From positions 15,316,001 to 15,380,000 of the forward strand of contig NC_087252.1 in NCBI RefSeq assembly GCF_037042905.1: 64,000 nt of DNA, written 5' to 3'. Source of the stretch: Lytechinus pictus. Lineage: Eukaryota. Positions within the stretch are counted from its first letter, which is position 1; every line of letters begins with the position of its first letter. The notes beneath the pieces are model-generated. The model was not told the origin of the DNA and ran no database searches. It saw only the letters and a list, made by a program, of their open reading frames with translations. A program made the position numbers and the translations under genes. Below are positions 1 to 11,933 of the stretch, one piece after another.

Positions 1-1768
1 AAGATAATAATGATAGTAATATAATAATTATATTAATGATATAAGCTGATCGTCCAATTATGCCCAACATATTAACATTTTCCATTCTTTTATTTGTTTT
101 AATGGTTTAAATTTCACCACAGTTTTTTACCCTTTAATTTCTATTTCCTTGTTTTTTGTTATTTTCTCTTTTTATTTTTTCTTTCTGCTTTTTGTTTACA
201 ATTTTTCTTTGCTTTTGTCATTTTCTTTCTATATTTTTCTTTTCTTTTCACACACTATTGAGAATAAAAAATGAAAAAAATCATACTCTTGTCTTTCTCC
301 ACCCATGCCAAGAAAGATATATATTTTTAATAAAGATCGCTACTTATAATTTTTGAAAAATCTACTTTAATGCCTTGGTAATTTTTGTGATAATATATAT
401 TTTGATACTTTACCAAAACATATTTGTTGTAAGGTACAGTGCTATATGTTTACAATTTATTCTCTATCTGAATGTTTCTGCTTCAATGTACTAATCAAAC
501 ACCAGAAAATCTATCATTTCTTTATACTAACATAAAAAAGAGGAAACCGATAAAAATGAGCGGACGGGACAGGTACATTTAGTTGGCCAGCAGGTGCTCC
601 GGCTTTCATACATGAATGTTTGTCTTCATCACATTCATAATTCAATTGTGGTGAATCATTGGCGATTCGTTTAACTAGGTAATTATTAAAAATAGAACGA
701 TTAATCTAATCACAAAAAGACAAATGTCCTTATTCATTCATTTGTCTTTTAATTGTGTCCCAGCGGTCTCAAGCAGACAATTTAGAACGCAATAAAAATA
801 GCCTCAGGTCTTGTGGGGATAGAAGAAAAGATGATAATACCTCAAAAGTACATGAGGGAAATGATAGACTGTGAAGCATGTGACAGAATTGATGGGGGGG
901 GGGGTGCTAGGAAGATTGAAATATGTCAAACAAAATACGAACAAAGGATCCACATAATTTGCTCATAGCAAATTACACAATTACTATGTTGCCTCGCGCA
1001 CCGTTGTCATTAATAGTGAATGCAGTATTTTTTAGGATTCCAATTTGACTACTTAAATCCTGATCAGATTTACGAGGGGACAATGACCGTCATCTAAACT
1101 AATTATAACTAATTTGATTTCATCTTGTGGCCCGTGTCTAAATCAGATAGCTTGAAATACATTAAGGTAATCTTCCGCACCTGTTTGGGGGGTATTTTGC
1201 TAATATGGAATTTTTTCCGCTCACTGATGTGATTTATTATGTGTGACGAGAGAGATGTGTATGAGCCGGTGCATAAATGCTGATTTGATTTGTTTCATTA
1301 AAACAGGCTGAAAATTTGAAGAAGGAGAACACTTTTTTGTGTGTAATAAGTTGCTAGGCAAAAGGTAACATGTCACATATTTCGAGATTCAGAGCTCACG
1401 CTTGACAGTTCATTCTAACTTGTCAAGTAACTTGCTTAGGTTCTCTTAAAGTTGAATTTCTTTTATAAAATTTCAATATCCATCTTTGCTTTCTCCTTTA
1501 ACAGAATCAGATCTGTTTTTTTTTATCATCACAAGCTTTATTAGTTCTGAGGCCCAATGCATACAATAAAAACTAATTTTTTTAACCAGAGTTTTTAATA
1601 TGTTAAATGTCAATGACATGATTTTATTTACACAAGTCAAGAGTTTTTTATGTATTTACCAGAGATCATTTTATACAACATGCCCTGATGTGGAAAATGA
1701 AATAGTGGTGGTGATCTTTACCTGATTATTGCTATAAAGCATGAATGCTAATAAGCATTACACACAAG

Positions 1769-1923
1769 GGGCCCGTTGCATAAAACTTTTTACCTGAGAA
1801 AACTCAGGTTGTTTTTACCGGAGTTTTTGCCCTGTGTTAAAGTCAATGGCAGAAATCAGACTAACCTTAGTTTTCAGTTTTTACCAGAGTTTTCTCAGGT
1901 AAAAAGTTTTATGCAACAGGCCC
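1769..1923. mobile_element. PIF/Harbinger-like MITE (155 bp)
   Basis: About 37-bp TIRs GGGCCCGTTGCATAAAACTTTTTACCTGAGAAAACTC / GAGTTTTCTCAGGTAAAAAGTTTTATGCAACAGGCCC; 3-bp TSD AAG (1766-1768, 1924-1926). GGGCC termini with a 3-bp TSD are typical of Harbinger. Confidence 0.85.
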
Positions 1924-2606
1924 AAGATGGGGTCAAGTATACATGTTTAAGCAACATCATACCTTGTTTAACTCAATTTTGCAAAGAGTTGGACTTGGGT
2001 CTTCATAAACTCAATGGCACTGTAAACACACGCACAATTTTTGTTGATATTGTACATAGAATGTTTGAATCTAGATGTCGCTTGTTTCATATCTAATGAA
2101 GATAAGTCCTTTTGGAATTGACAAATCTCTCTGACATTACTTTAGACTATTGAAGTCACGTCTCATTTGCCTCAGATTGCAAATACATTTGTATATCAGT
2201 GAAATATATGTGTCAGATCTGCTTTTGTTCCATAATCCCAATGCCTGTATGCATATTGTTGAAATGCTTTAATTTTTTTAATGACCTCAAATGCATTCTC
2301 ATTTTCACAAATAAGTGATTATTAAAAAGAAGGAAAAAATTCAAGGGAACAATAAAAACTTTATTGGCAATCAAAGCATGATCATCAGCATTATTTTGTT
2401 ACCTTACTGAAGCCAATACGTGAAACTTTAAGATATATACATATATATATATATGTGAGAAATTATACATGTACAACAGCTTTGGCAACTCATATATTTA
2501 AATATTTTGTGAAAGAAATGGATGAAGAGAACAATGGTAGGCGTAGCTTAAATCAAGGTTACCCAGAGCTATCTGCCCTTTGGAAAAATTGGTGATGCCG
2601 AAAAAA

Positions 2607-2678
2607 TGTCTCTGCCGGGAATCAAGCCCAGGCCCCCAGCTTTGAACGCTGGTGCCTTAACCACTAGACCACAGAGAC
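2607..2678 (-). pseudogene. tRNA-like cloverleaf with TCA anticodon, probably repeat-borne
   Basis: Minus strand: acceptor GTCTCTG/CAGAGAC, A-box TGGTCTAGTGG, anticodon stem CCAGC/GCTGG with loop GTTCAAA, T-stem CTGGG/CCCGG with degenerate loop CTTGATT, discriminator A, then TTTTTT. Confidence 0.7.
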
Positions 2679-2776
2679 AGGTTAGTGGCTAGGGCAACCC
2701 TGATTCATTTGACCGTCAGATAGGCAGATTTTCGACACTATACCAATTATAATTTCCTTTGTCGGGTGTAGGTGGG

Positions 2777-2784
2777 ATATATAA

Positions 2785-2824
<40 letters not shown>
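2777..2824. repeat. (TA)n microsatellite
   Basis: Seen directly. Confidence 0.95.
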
Positions 2825-2830
<6 letters not shown>

Positions 2831-3077
2831 GGCAAAGAGGTAATGCATTATACTAGTTCCAACAGAGTTTATTTCTAAGTCCAAATTTTCGACGTAAATC
2901 CCACGTCTTCTTCAGGGATACAATAAAGCTCACAGCCCTGAAGAATCCAAAAGGAAGACGTGGGATTTACGTCAAAAATTTGAACTTAGAAATAAACTCT
3001 GTTGGAACTAGTATAATGCATTACCTCTTTGCCTCTTTTATCTCATCTATGTCCAACATGCAAAATGTAATATCGTC
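2823..3077. mobile_element. Penelope-like inverted (pseudo-LTR) remnant embedded in (TA)n
   Basis: About 95-bp inverted arms (2823-2917 and 2936-3041) with an 18-bp spacer. The left arm carries a CTGAAGA-stem-GAAA hammerhead-like motif on the minus strand; the right-arm copy is mutated. TA repeats flank both sides. Confidence 0.65.
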
Positions 3078-3400
<323 letters not shown>

Positions 3401-4063
3401 GGTGACAAAATGATCATAAATGTGTGGAATAATGTGAGGTAATAAGACCCTTTAATTTTGAAAATAAATTGATTTGATAGCTTTTGGACCAAAAGGGATC
3501 AATACAAAATGAAAATGATAAAGATAATCATGTCCAATGACCAACCATTTAAAAAATATAACATTTAAATTTACAAAGACCATTTATGGATATGAAGACT
3601 ATAATATAAAAGATAGTACATATACCACTAACTCTGACAAATCCTTTATGAAATTTTTTTGAAAAGTCTTCTGAATTCAATGGGAAATAATACTAGGGCT
3701 TCTTTAGGTCAGTGCCCCCTCTCTTGACAACCGAAATACGCACCTGTGTAGTGAAACAGTCCTTGCGGTTAAGGGACCGTTCAATTATACACCAACCTGG
3801 GAGAAAAGTGTAACTTCATTATACTGTGAGAAAATTAGTCCAGCGGGAAACACTTTTTTTATTCATCACAGAATTAGTGTATGAGTACACTGAATGGACA
3901 AACAATATTTACAGGGGGTTGTGTTATGAAGATATCTTTCTGGTCAGTACAAAAAGGGGATTTGTTGCTTAGAGTGGGTAACATAATCTTGAGTTTGCAT
4001 TGGATGTATCTTGAATATTCACTGAAAGGAATATTAGGATGCTTGTAAAGTGATGAAGAGAAT

Positions 4064-4571
4064 GTGATGATGGTGATGGTGGTGGTGATGGTGATAATGA
4101 TGATGGGGATGATGATGATGGTGATGATGGTGATAATGATGGGGATGATGATGATGATGATGATGGGGATGATGATGATGATGGTGATGATGGTGATAAT
4201 GATGATGGGGATGATGATGATGATGGTGATGATGGTGATAATGATGATGGGGATGATGATGATGGTGATGATGGTGATGATGGTGATAATGATGATGGGG
4301 ATGATGATGATGTTGATGATGGTGATGATGGTGATAATGATGGGGATGATGATGATGATGGTGATGATGGTCATAATGATGGGGATAGTGATGATGATGA
4401 TGGTGATGATGATGATGATGGTGATGATGGTGATAATGATGGGGATGATGGTGATGATGGTGATAATGATGATGGGGATGGTGATGATGATAATGATGAA
4501 GATAGTGATGATGATGATGATAGTGGTGATGATGATGATGCTGAAGATGGTCATGATGATGATAATGATGG
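4064..4571. repeat. (GAT/GGT/GGG/AAT) compound trinucleotide microsatellite with higher-order repeats
   Basis: Recurrent GGTGATGATGGTGATAATGATGATGGGGATGATGATGAT blocks; source of the poly-M, poly-H and poly-I ORFs. Confidence 0.95.
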
Positions 4572-4758
4572 TAACAAGGAGGAGGTGCAGTGATGGGGAG
4601 GAGGAAAGTAAGCACTGGGAATAGAAAATAATACCTGTACATTGTCAATGAACAAAGTACATGTAGGAACAGAGAACTCAGGGAGAGAAAGGAAGTGATA
4701 CAAAGGTAAAGAAAGAAAGATAACAAAGTTGGATATTAGTTTTCACTGTTTCATTTCA

Positions 4759-5584
4759 TTTTTGTCTCGCCTGCATAGCAGAGCGAGACTATAGGCGCCG
4801 CTTTTCCGACAGCGGCGGCGTCGTCAACATCAAATCTTAACCTAAGGTTAAGTTTTTGAAATGACATCATAACTTGAAAAGTATATGAACCTAGTTCATG
4901 AAACTTGGGCATAAGGTTAATCAAGTATTGGTGAACATCCTGCCTGAGTTTCAGGTCACATGACCAAGGTCAAAGGTCATTTAGGGTCAATGAACTTTGG
5001 CCAAGTTGGGGGTATTTGTTGAATTACCATCATAACTTTGAAAATTTACGGATCTAGTTCATGAAACTTGAACATTAGGTTAATCAAGTACCACTGAATA
5101 TCCTGTGCGAGTTTCTGGTCACACGACCATGGTCAATGGTCATTTAAGGTCAATGAACTTTGGCCGTGTTGGGGGTATTTGTTAAATTACCATCCTAACT
5201 CTGAAAGTTTATGGATCTAGTTCATAAAACTTGGGATATAAGAGTAATCAAGTATCACTTAACATCCCCTGTGAGTTTCAGGTCACAAAACCAAGGTCAA
5301 AGGTCAGTTAAGGTCAATAAACTTAGGCCACGTTGGGTTATTGTTGAATTGCCATCATAACTTTGAAAGTTTATGGATAGAGTGAATGAAATGTGGACAT
5401 GGGTGTAGTTGACAAGTCTTAAGTCACCGTTCAAATGTCATTTATGGTCAATGAACGTGGTATTATGTCATTATATGAATGGTGTTTTTGTGAATGATTA
5501 TTTTATAGTCGTTTTCAAAGTTAGCACTGCTGTTATATTAAATTGCGTAATGCAGGCGAGACTGCCAGAGGCGTTCCACTTGTT
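4759..5584 (+). mobile_element. Helentron/HINE (DINE-1-like) non-autonomous element, copy 1
   Basis: T-run start; subterminal IR GTCTCGCCTGCAT (4764) / ATGCAGGCGAGAC (5550); (GCG)n microsatellite; about 163-bp internal tandem units; small 3' stem-loop GCCAGAGGC; CTTGTT end; inserted in a T-rich site. A second copy lies at 25.5 kb. Confidence 0.85.
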
Positions 5585-5820
5585 TCATTTCATTTATTTC
5601 ATTTCCAACAAATTACAAATCAGAAAAATACAGTTTGATCAAAAGAATTAAGTCAATTCAATAACATAAATGTATCATCATTACACATGAAACAACTAAA
5701 TAGCATTGTATTAAATTACAATCATTAAGCCAAGTATGACAGTGAAATATAGCTTTATACTTTGTGAAAATGGAGGGACCCACTGAAAAGCAAAGGCTTG
5801 TATTTTTTTGGCCCCTCATA
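5584..5820 (-). mobile_element. CR1/L2-group LINE 3' end (tail plus stem-loop only)
   Basis: (CATTT)n tail and GAGGGACCCA...AAGC..GCTTG...TGGCCCCTC stem-loop, the same architecture as the ORF-bearing copies at 29 and 45 kb. Confidence 0.7.
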
Positions 5821-6639
5821 GCAATTCAATATGTCTTATTATTCATATCATCTCACAAGATAAATATATCAGAAAGTGAGTAATGATCTCTAATCGCAGG
5901 CAGATGTTTGTATGAGGCCTCCTTATTCCATAAGAGGAAATTAATACAGCAGTTTATACTAATAGAGATAAATTGGTATTGGGGAAAAAGGAAGAATATA
6001 TCATGATGAAAGCTGATGGGTTTCTGTGACCCAAAACAGATTTATTGACAGAAGGACGCTAGAACCGTTTCTTACATATTTAGAAATAAAATGATAGGCC
6101 CATACTGTGAACTCTGGTTTAATTCATAGGCTGTGGTGTTAACCAGTGTACATAGATGACCACACCACTCTGGCGTTAAATTGACAGTGTTAGTTTAACA
6201 TCCCAGTTTTTTTTAAACCCTTTTTAAAGCACAATAGAAATGCCCTCGTTGTACTTTGCCAGTGTATGATTGTTGGATATGGTGCATATTATCTATATTA
6301 TTATTTCATTATTATAATTACTTCATTATTACTTTAGTAATTTTGTTTTTGGTAGAAGGGTGACGTTAACAATGAACATAATGATACTGAATAAAATGAA
6401 CAGAATTGAAGTTGTTTTCACAAATACGCAGATCCATGACTTAAAATTGCAAGGACAAACCAAGTTGACTTTCCTTATGATGAACACCTTTCTAAAAATT
6501 TTGTTTTAACCAACCCCAAAGCTGGTTAAAACAAGAATCTGACGGTCTGTTGGTTAAAAATTCTAAATTCGTTTTGCAGGCAAAAGCAACAGTTTGTATG
6601 CTCATATTTGAACCAACTTTAGGTTACCGGTAGTTTAAA

Positions 6640-6857
6640 CGGTGACACAACATTTACTCCTGCGACATTTGCTCCGGTCTTAGTATCTCAGAATGCTGAG
6701 GGTTATAGAGTTGGGATTGTAATAGAGTTTTTTGTTCAGAATAATGTAAAAATGAGTATTTTGGTTTATTTAGTTTTGGAGGTTATGTTTTATGTCCGGC
6801 TTAACATGCAGATTTTCCATCAGAGCTATTGTCGCCAGAGCAAATGTCATGGGACCA
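6640..6857. mobile_element. Degenerate MITE with TTAGGG-like internal repeats
   Basis: Inverted ends (CATTTACTCCTGCGACATTTGCTC / GAGCTATTGTCGCCAGAGCAAATG); related copy at 35508-35713. Confidence 0.55.
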
Positions 6858-7059
6858 GTTAAGACAGGTCTGAGAGTGAAGGGGGGGGGGGGAGGAGGTG
6901 AGGTCAATGACACTGAAAGTCACATAATTAAATCATTTTCTAATTGGCACAGTGATTAAGATATGACCCATCTTGCTTTTCCCACAGCCCTGAATATGCT
7001 TAGTGAAGTCACTAGGATTAGAAGTGACTTTAGAGCTCAAGTAAGATGATAGTTTGTCC

Positions 7060-7270
7060 CCTGCGACGCACCCCTCATCCAAGTATAATCACCCTCGCCA
7101 TCCCTCCCTAAATTACCTGCTAATAGAATGTGAGTAAACACTCGTTGCGCAAATCAATACCTTTTCATAATCACATTAAATCAGGATTGAGCGGTAATCG
7201 GTCATGGATGGCGCGCGTGGGGAAGTGACAGGCAAGGCCGTCGCAGGCACAGCGAAAGATCGTGCTCAGG
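7060..7270. promoter_or_regulatory. Candidate enhancer / conserved non-coding element
   Basis: Unique CpG-rich island with Fox GTAAACA (7134), C/EBP palindrome TTGCGCAA (7145), paired-homeodomain P3 site TAATCACATTA (7168) and TGACAG. Confidence 0.35.
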
Positions 7271-7278
7271 AATCCTGC

Positions 7279-7675
7279 ATGCTGATTCCTGTTCAAGAGT
7301 CAACACCGCTAAACAACTTGTTGATTTAGATTGGGGAAGGACGGGGGAAGGAATTCAAGCTTGGATTTAGTTGCTGTCTCGTTTACATCGTTTTTCTTTC
7401 TTGTCTTTATTTCATCAATATGCCAGGTCACTTTGATAAATGCATAACGATTCTTGTTCTTAGATTACAATTTAATGTACTTTCTTGATATCTGCTCAAT
7501 CACAAATCATTTGTCAGATTTGTTGTTTATTTTTTTTGTTTATGCTGATTCCTCTTCGAGAGCATACACCGCTGAACAACTTGTTGATTTAGATTGGCAT
7601 GGGACAGGGTTAGGAATTCAAACTTGGATTGAGTTGCTTTCTCTCTTACATCGTTTTCCTTTGTGTTTCTTCATC
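7279..7675 (+). repeat. Local direct duplication (about 130 bp, 7279-7410 and 7542-7675)
   Basis: ATGCTGATTCCT...CACCGCT(A/G)AACAACTTGTTGATTTAGATTGG...GGAATTCAA.CTTGGATT occurs twice, diverged. Confidence 0.85.
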
Positions 7676-10143
7676 TCAAATTACAATCATTTTTTTCATC
7701 CTAGTTCGTCTCCTTAATCACATATCCATATTTTTCAGATTGGTTTATTATCCATTTCTTTCTTTATATTATTTCTTCTCATGAGCCCTGTTTTCTGGCT
7801 TTTCTTTATTTTCATTGAAACATCCCCCAAAGAAATATACATTTTCCTGCTTCCTTATTGTCTATCAACACTCTTAATAATCACTTCAAGGCAATAGTGT
7901 TTGCTTATACCCTTTTGAGCAGTCAATATTTTTATACTAATACTCTCTCTCTCTTATTATGCCATTCTATTTACCTCTTATTCCTTTCTCTTCTGTTATA
8001 TTGTCTTCCTTTCTTTGTCATCTGGTTATCGTTACCTCTTTCTTCTTCCTTTCTTCACCTTCTTTTTCTTCTTTCTTTCTTTCTTTCTTTCTTTCTCTCT
8101 TCGCCATTTTTATTCATTCTCCTTAATCAAGTTTTCTCTGTCATCTGATTATCTTTACCTGTTTTTCCTCCTCCATTCTTCACCTTGTTTTGTTCCATCC
8201 TCCTCAATCAAGCGTCCGTTAACTTTATCTCCATCCCAAACCGCTCTCATCTCCCTTTCCCCTCACCTGACTCACGACGAACCGCTGTCTCCCTCGCATC
8301 TTTATTAAACCGATCGTGCCTCCACATCGACAATCCTATCCGTCTCGTCATTGGACTTGCAAAAACTGTTTGTCTTTTCTCTCAATTCTTGCCAAAGAAA
8401 GTCACCAATTTAGTGATGCGTTTGGCCGACCGCATCCCCAGTACCGCGTGATCAGGTTACTTGAGTCTTGGTGAAAGGAAGATTAAGATTAGGAAGTTAG
8501 GAGTAGTAATGGATACGCGAGTGGTCAGTAATAACGAAGCCTGCTTGAGCACGGTATTGCATTCAGAAACAGGAATATAAACCCATTGAATACTGAATTC
8601 TGCAAATCCTGTAAACTTTGCAGAGATGACCCGGTTCCATAAGGTGAAAGTGTTAACAGTAGACCAACAAAAATATGGGAAGAAACAAGGGGGGAAAATA
8701 CCTTTTTTTAAAGATTTGATTATGGCCGTGAAATATGTAACGTTTTCTGTGTTGGATTCTGGAAGCGGGTGGTTCTTGTCTAACGCTCATGGGAATTGCA
8801 GAATTCGGTTGTTAATACCCATAGCACATTGGAACAAAATGTGTCTGTGTGAAGCTTACATGAGAATCACAGAATTCAGTAGTCGACAGGTCTATGAAAT
8901 GTTACATAGGATATGAGTAAGGAGAGCCCCAAACCATCTCGTGGCCAAATTGAATTTAGCATGGGATATTGTTGCTTAAATAGACATGAACCCATCGTGT
9001 GTTCATTTTTTATCCTGGAATTCTATCCAAAGTGCCAATTAAAAACTGACTAATATCGTCATTGGACATGCACATACACAGAAATCACCCAATATTTCTT
9101 GATTTTCTTAAATTTGGACTTTGGTTGTCTTATATCCATGTTTTCAATTCAAGTAGAAACTATAGGGTAAGAAAAAATCCAAGTATAACATTGCATGTGG
9201 ATATCTGAAATAGAGATGTATCCTTTTCAGGAACTGTTCGAATTATGTATGACAAACATATGTACTGTGAGAGCCGTCCAGTGGGGCCACTGGAACTTTA
9301 AAATACAGGGGGGGGGGTAGGTGGAGGGATTTCATTCTCTATTTTTTTTGGGGGGGCAAGGGCTGATTATCTACAATATTTTTCTTCACTTTTCAAAATT
9401 CAGGGGGTAAAGGGGGGAGGGGGGGGGGCAATGTTCACATGCGCCCACCTTGGTGCAGCTTCTGCCTGTGCCTTTGAATGTTTTTCACATAATTATACAT
9501 GGTGCTATACAAATGCAGTTTATCATCATCTTATATCATTGATGATAAATGCATAATTATATGGATATCAACAACTTCATATCTGTATTAGATAGTAAAT
9601 GCCACACTTAAGAAATGACGCATCACATTCTGTCCACGCTCTCCACATGGCATCAGATTTGATTCATAATGACACCACCTGGGACTCAAATCTTTATCAT
9701 CAGTCAAAGTGACTCGGATTCAAAATTAATTTGACTAACGATGTCACCAGCTGCGAGTTACATCTCCAATCTGAGTAAAACTAATTCAGATTCAAACTTA
9801 ATTAAACTCTTACTAGTGTGGTATCAGCTGAGAATCACTCAATTCCAAAACACAGTAACTCTGAAAACAAGTCTCTTACTCAAGAAGAGAGTCAACTCCC
9901 AGCTGGTTTATAACTATTCCAAATCAAATTTTCCCCTCCATAAAATAAGAACATAAGGGAAAAGTATGAGAAAAAAAAGAAAGAGAAAGGAAATACAGAG
10001 TGTCTAAAAATAATTGTTGAAATAAATAAGCTATTTACATGATATCTCATAAAGATATAAATATGTTGAATTAACACACATTTGTCATGATTTTATTCAA
10101 ATTGTTAAAATATAATCCAGGCTAAAAGTCAGATGATCCAATT

Positions 10144-10526
10144 TGGTGGATCCACAATACAGTGCGCCAACTATCGTTTGCAGAGGACGCCCAAAATTTG
10201 CAATGCCTTCTGGGAAAAAGTAAGCATCCGTTGCATGTTCTCGATTCATGCAATATCCTACACCGGTAGATGTGGTTTTACCGGCTTGCATAAAATTTTG
10301 AGGTGGTTGATAAATTTGCTGCATATTTATTTGCGAAATTTAGACCGTTTTTGGTGAATTCTTCCTCCGTTTTGCCATATGGTTCTCATTTTTTAAGCAT
10401 CACCGTCACATTACAGTGCACTAGTACTGTGCTCTGCCTGAGCCTGCGCGCGATGTCAACCCGGAAGTTAGATATTAGCCTGTCTGCTGCAACCGATAGA
10501 TGGCGCACTGTATTGTGAATCCACTG
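10144..10526. mobile_element. MITE with 4-bp AATT TSD (Sola1-like)
   Basis: About 40-bp TIRs TGGTGGATCCACAATACAGTGCGCCAACTATCG / CGATAGATGGCGCACTGTATTGTGAATCCACTG; AATT at 10140-10143 and 10527-10530. An AWWT TSD is characteristic of Sola1. Confidence 0.75.
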
Positions 10527-10534
10527 AATTGCAA

Positions 10535-10620
10535 AGCCTTTGTTTTGATTCAGCCAGGGATTGAACCTATGACCTCCTATTTAAAATGCTGGTGCTCAAC
10601 CACATGACCTAACATGCTGG
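10535..10620 (-). mobile_element. Degenerate tRNA-derived SINE head
   Basis: Minus strand B-box-like GGTTCAATCCCTGG and a degenerate A-box. Confidence 0.5.
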
Positions 10621-10869
10621 TTATAAATGACAGATTAAAGATGAAGCTCGCACATGAGAAGTAAGTGCTTTAACTAGACTTTTGTGCTGTCATACTAAAT
10701 CCAACTATTTTGACATGTTATGTTTCCATTACCTTGGAACTGGGACAGTAGGCAATTTCTAAAGATATTTTGTTCACCTTTTCTGTCCCAAGGGAAAAAT
10801 ACATTATTAATATAATTTATATTTGTAATTGTATGTTGTTATTACTTTTGCATAAAAACAGTACTTTCC

Positions 10870-11190
10870 TAATAATTATACTATTAATAATGATGTAATA
10901 TCAATGATAATGGTACTGTTGATAATACTCATAATGATACCGTTGGTGATAATTGTAACAGTATAATAACAATACTACTACTAATAATAATACTAATGAT
11001 GCTGTTGATGATAATACTAATAATTATAATTATAACAGGAATGATAACAATGATGTTGATAATGATGATTATCATGATGATGATAATAATAAGAACAACA
11101 GCAACAACAAAAACAACAGTGGTAATAAATTGGATGATATTAATATGCTGGGTGATATTGGTATATGGAATAGTGTATATATGAATGATG
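10870..11190. repeat. Degenerate (AAT/GAT/AAC)n low-complexity tract
   Basis: Seen directly. Confidence 0.85.
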
Positions 11191-11861
11191 GGAGTAAACA
11201 AGAACGGCAAATCTTAGCAAGGCGACTGTTGAATTGTCTAGCTTTGGGTTACAGGTGGTTTCTCGGTGTGATAAAGGGAAGTGACTAAGCAAGGATTTCC
11301 TATCAAGTTGAGATCTATTCTCTGCTTCAGGATGCGTGTGAGGGTGTGTTCAGGATACCCGTACGACGGCAGGATATACGATTTGAAATGCTCACCGGGG
11401 AGTGTTCACTCCTCGATGTACGAAGGATCCAAGAACACAGCAAATGTATTGAAAATGCCCATCAAAAGACAAAGAACAGCTGGGAGGTCTTTGTCGAAAT
11501 GTGGTGAATGGGAACAGTAGTTTCGTCCCAAGTTTCGGAGCAGACAAAAATTGCAAATACTTGCATGTCGTGTGTCCAGAGTCAAGGACGAAACTGCTGG
11601 TTTGATTCACCAATTTGCGACAAAGACTTCTTGGCTGTGCTTTGTCATGAAGGGCATTTGACAATACATTTGCTATGTTCTTGAACTCACTGTAGGTTGT
11701 GGAGCACAAACTCCCTTTTGTAAATGTTCATTGAAAACACACTTTTCAGAGTATTAAATTAAAGGCGAATTTGTGCTATGTAGCTGGATTTGCAAAGCTA
11801 CTCCTTGCATACCACATCGACCTGGTAGGAGGGGAAATTTGGGGTGCATACTTTTTCTTAA

Positions 11862-11933
11862 CCTGTTGAATACTGTATTCTGTAATTCCCATAGACTTTG
11901 TACAGGTATCACCTGGTTACAGTTGGCAACGGG
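11862..11933. mobile_element. 72-bp piggyBac-like mini element
   Basis: TTAA|CCTGTTG...CAACGGG|TTAA; diverged relatives at about 8581-8646, 8812-8891 (reverse) and 39767-39838. Confidence 0.7.

Noticed and set aside
2607..2678. Genuine selenocysteine tRNA gene
   Set aside because: Only 72 nt, no long variable arm, standard 7/5 stems and a degenerate T-loop.
3874..4726. Poly-His, poly-Ile and poly-Met ORFs of 186-230 aa
   Set aside because: Translations of a (GAT)n-type microsatellite that is open in several frames; no unique coding flanks.
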